A stretch of 64,000 bases of DNA from Girardia tigrina (taxonomy: Eukaryota): contig MQRK01211181.1 of the NCBI GenBank assembly GCA_001938485.1, positions 26,033-90,032 of the forward strand, written 5' to 3'. The position numbers and the translations under genes were made by a program. Below the pieces are notes generated by a model. That model did no database searches, was not told the DNA's origin, and saw only the letters and a list, made by a program, of their open reading frames with translations. Shown piece by piece: positions 60,879 through 64,000 of this stretch; position 1 is the first letter of the stretch, and every line of letters starts with the position of its first letter.

Positions 60879-62360
60879 CAGTGGTTCCCAAAGTGGTCCT
60901 TGCGGAACCAAAGGGGTATCTGAGATAATTCAGGGGTCCATGGAGAATGAAAATCGATTTGTGGGTCCTGAACAACCTCAGGCGTCCCGCGCAAGGTTTA
61001 ATATAAAATAAAAAAATTGTGACGCATTAATTTATTTGGAAGTTAAAATAAAGAACAATGAGTAAATTATTTTCGATTTTTACGTCTTAAGTAAAATATA
61101 AATATAGACTGGTGCATGAAATACAAGTCATAACAGTCATCGCTGTTCTTGAGACAGGTTTATACAGGAAGGCAATAGAATCAAAAGAGTGTCTCATCTA
61201 ATCTACAATTTAGTTCTATCTTATGTGTGACGGGAAGTGCATACTACAAAATTTCCTTCTCTATAACAAAAAGAATTATAATTTTTTTGTATTGTAAACT
61301 TTATTATTATGATTTTTTCCTTTTTTTTAAATCTTCATATAAAAAAATCATATACTAAAGTTTTCATTTTGATTTTACATTCTTTTAAAATTTCATTTTA
61401 AATAAATTCTCATTTTTATAATAATACTTAGAAATTAAAATTCAAAAATCTATGTGAGCTCCTTAAACTATTAATAAGTATATTTAAATAAAATTGATAT
61501 CGCTTTAATTTAAATTTATTTAAGCAAAGTTATACTCTTGTTTAAGTTGATTAAAAAAATATCTTTCTTAAAAAATTAATTTTCTTAATTAATTTTTTTA
61601 ATCAAAATACAGTGAAAAAAGTTGAGAATTTAACATTTTTTCAAGCAATCAAAGTAAAATATTTGAAAACACCTACACTTCAAGAACTCATAGGGCAACA
61701 TATGAGAGATGACGATAGATTGCGTGTTTCTTATTACATTTAATGACCACGAAGTCCGGAAAGCCGCACAATATTGGAGAACTTATTCTACCAGCTGTAA
61801 GTAAGGTAATACGCACTGTGTTGCACAAACCAGCTTTCAATATTATAAAAAAATTCCACTGAGTAATAATACTGGACGTAGAAGGATCGACGAAATGGTT
61901 TAGAGTTTAGAAAACTCTTTATGTGACTATTTAAAAACATATGAAATCTCTATACAGCTTGACAAGTCAATATTACCAGGAAACGAAGCTTTACTTTTAG
62001 CTTATGTTTAAAAAGAATTTCCAAGAATTGTTATTTGCTATATGTTTGGAAAATGATACGAAAGGTAAAACTTTATTTACTAAATTATAAAGGCTTTTTC
62101 GATACCCGTGACTAATATCATATCCATTGTAACTCATTGTGTTCCGGTAATGGTAGAACGACAGCGATGCCTTCTGGCATACTTAAAACAAGCTATGCCT
62201 ACTGTATTATCGATACATTGTGTCATTTGATCGCAAAAACCTTTAGTGAACGTTTGCATGAATCACTTCATTATATCAGTAGAGCATTCAATAAAATCAA
62301 AAGGAATACCTTAAATGAGAGATTATTTGCTCAATTTTGTTCGGAAAATGATGAAAAAGA
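60879..62360 (+). mobile_element. hAT (Charlie/Buster-like) remnant
   Basis: TIR CAGTGGTTCCCAAAGTGG; KPHNIGELILPAV, QLDKSILPGNEALLLAYV, LFAQFCSENDE. Confidence 0.85.
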
Positions 62361-64000
62361 AAAGGATAAAGAAGAATAAAAGAAATTCGTTGAATCAAAT
62401 GAATAAGAAATGGGAATGTTATTTACCAGAAGACAATTTGAATTAAACTAATTAATTACATTCCAAGAAGTGATGACTACTGTACTAGGCAAATTAAATG
62501 GAAAAGAGGTAGTTGTATACCTTGATGATATACTCATTTTCCAAAAACAGAAGAAGAACATATTGAAAGGATTGAACACGTTTTTGAACGGATTAAAGAA
62601 TCGGGATTGAAAATAAATCCAGAAAAATGCACCTTTATGACAAAAGTACCCCAGTTTTTAGGATATATTATAAGTGAGAAAATAATACAAACGGATAAAG
62701 AGAAGATAGAAGCTATCCAAAATTTTAAGAATCCAGCTTGTATCAAACATCTACGCAGTTTTTTAGGATTGACCAACTACTATCGGAAATTTATTAAAAT
62801 TATTTATTTATTTAATCTACATATGCTAAAATTTTGGAAAGTTTGTGTGGGAAAAATAGTGGGAAATCATTTAGATCGACAACGGAATGCAATAACGCAT
62901 TTTTAGAGTTGAAGAGACAACTAACAAAAACACCAATTTTAGCGTATCCAGATTTTAGCAAACAATTGATTTTGGACACAGATGCGAGCTTCGACACGAT
63001 CGGAGCTGTTTTATCCCAAAAAGACGATCATGGGAGAGAAAGAGTAATTTCATTTGAATCTCATAAAATGAGCAAACATGAAACAGGATATTGCATTACA
63101 CGAAAAGAACTCCTTTCAATATACTATTTTACACAACATTTCAAACATTATTTGTATGAGAAAAAATTCCTATTAAGAACAGATCATAAAGCTCTTACAA
63201 TCATTATGTCAACAAAAAATTCGATTACACCCCAATTTCAAAATTGGATCAATTTTCTTAGCGGATTAGGCATGGATATCTCATACAGGAAAGGTATACT
63301 CCACAGTATGCCGATGCGTTATCCCGGACCTCATCGGACCTATGCAGTCGATGTCAAACTGTTCATGAGGAATCTAAGAAAGGAAAGATAAAAGCGATGA
63401 TCCTCGCACTAAATGAAACATCAAGAAGTGGTAAATGGCAAGAAAATAACGAAGAAATATTAATGATCAATTAGGAATCGAATCCGCAAAAACCAAACAA
63501 TGGAAAATAAGGGACGGAACAATTCTGACTAGAGATAACAAAATTTGGATAACAAAAATTAGAGAACAAAGAATAGAATGCCAATTCCGGATAATACACG
63601 ATTTATTAAATATAAGAATGAAAGACAGAAAACACCGGGACTGGGTAGAGCTATTACCAGAAATAGAAATCACATTAAATTGCACCATACAGGCGACTAC
63701 AGGGGTAACATCAGCTGAAGTAATATTTTGGCGGCAACCAAAACATTGGTGGGAATCAATTGATTCAGAAAATCACAACAAACAATATATAATATATAAA
63801 GTCAAAACGTCGTATACACGATATGGAGCAGAAGCTGAAGAAGTAACAAAAAGGAAATTTGATGTAGGTGACTTCGTTTAGATTAAAAGTGAGAATTAAT
63901 AAAAAACGAGAGACAGATACCTTGGACCGGCGAAAATAGTTAAAAAACGACATGACAGAAGTTACGAATTACAACTGTAAGATAGAAGGATATTAGTTAG
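62360..64000 (+). mobile_element. Ty3/Gypsy pol remnant (RT, RNase H, integrase end)
   Basis: VYLDDIL, LRSFLGLTNYYRKFI, LDTDAS..IGAVLSQ, RTDHKAL, DWVELLPEIE. Confidence 0.93.

Overview
Very AT-rich eukaryotic DNA, probably from an animal (inferred from a secretin/Methuselah-like 7TM gene and the transposon repertoire; the species cannot be determined). The window is mostly decayed transposons: Tc1/mariner (DD34D, DD34E-like, DD41D, DD39D-like), pogo, hAT, piggyBac, Helitron, Gypsy, RTE-like, RLE-type and Penelope-like elements, plus several MITEs and one assembly gap. It holds one apparently intact host ORF (322-aa class-B/Mth-like GPCR, 28846-29814, minus) and decayed host-gene copies (SBDS, histone H2B, possibly importin-alpha). 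The notable layer is RNA-level and retroelement-level. There are seven minimal hammerhead ribozyme motifs with intact cores and three damaged ones, mostly beside Penelope GIY-YIG remnants. Two further degenerate hammerheads lie in a tRNA-headed SINE-like element and in the 3' UTR of an RLE retrotransposon. A C2H2 zinc-finger retroelement 3' end is joined twice, at the same nucleotide, to the YIG motif of a Penelope endonuclease gene, a candidate retroelement that targets another retroelement. All translations and folds were done by eye; boundaries of decayed elements are approximate.
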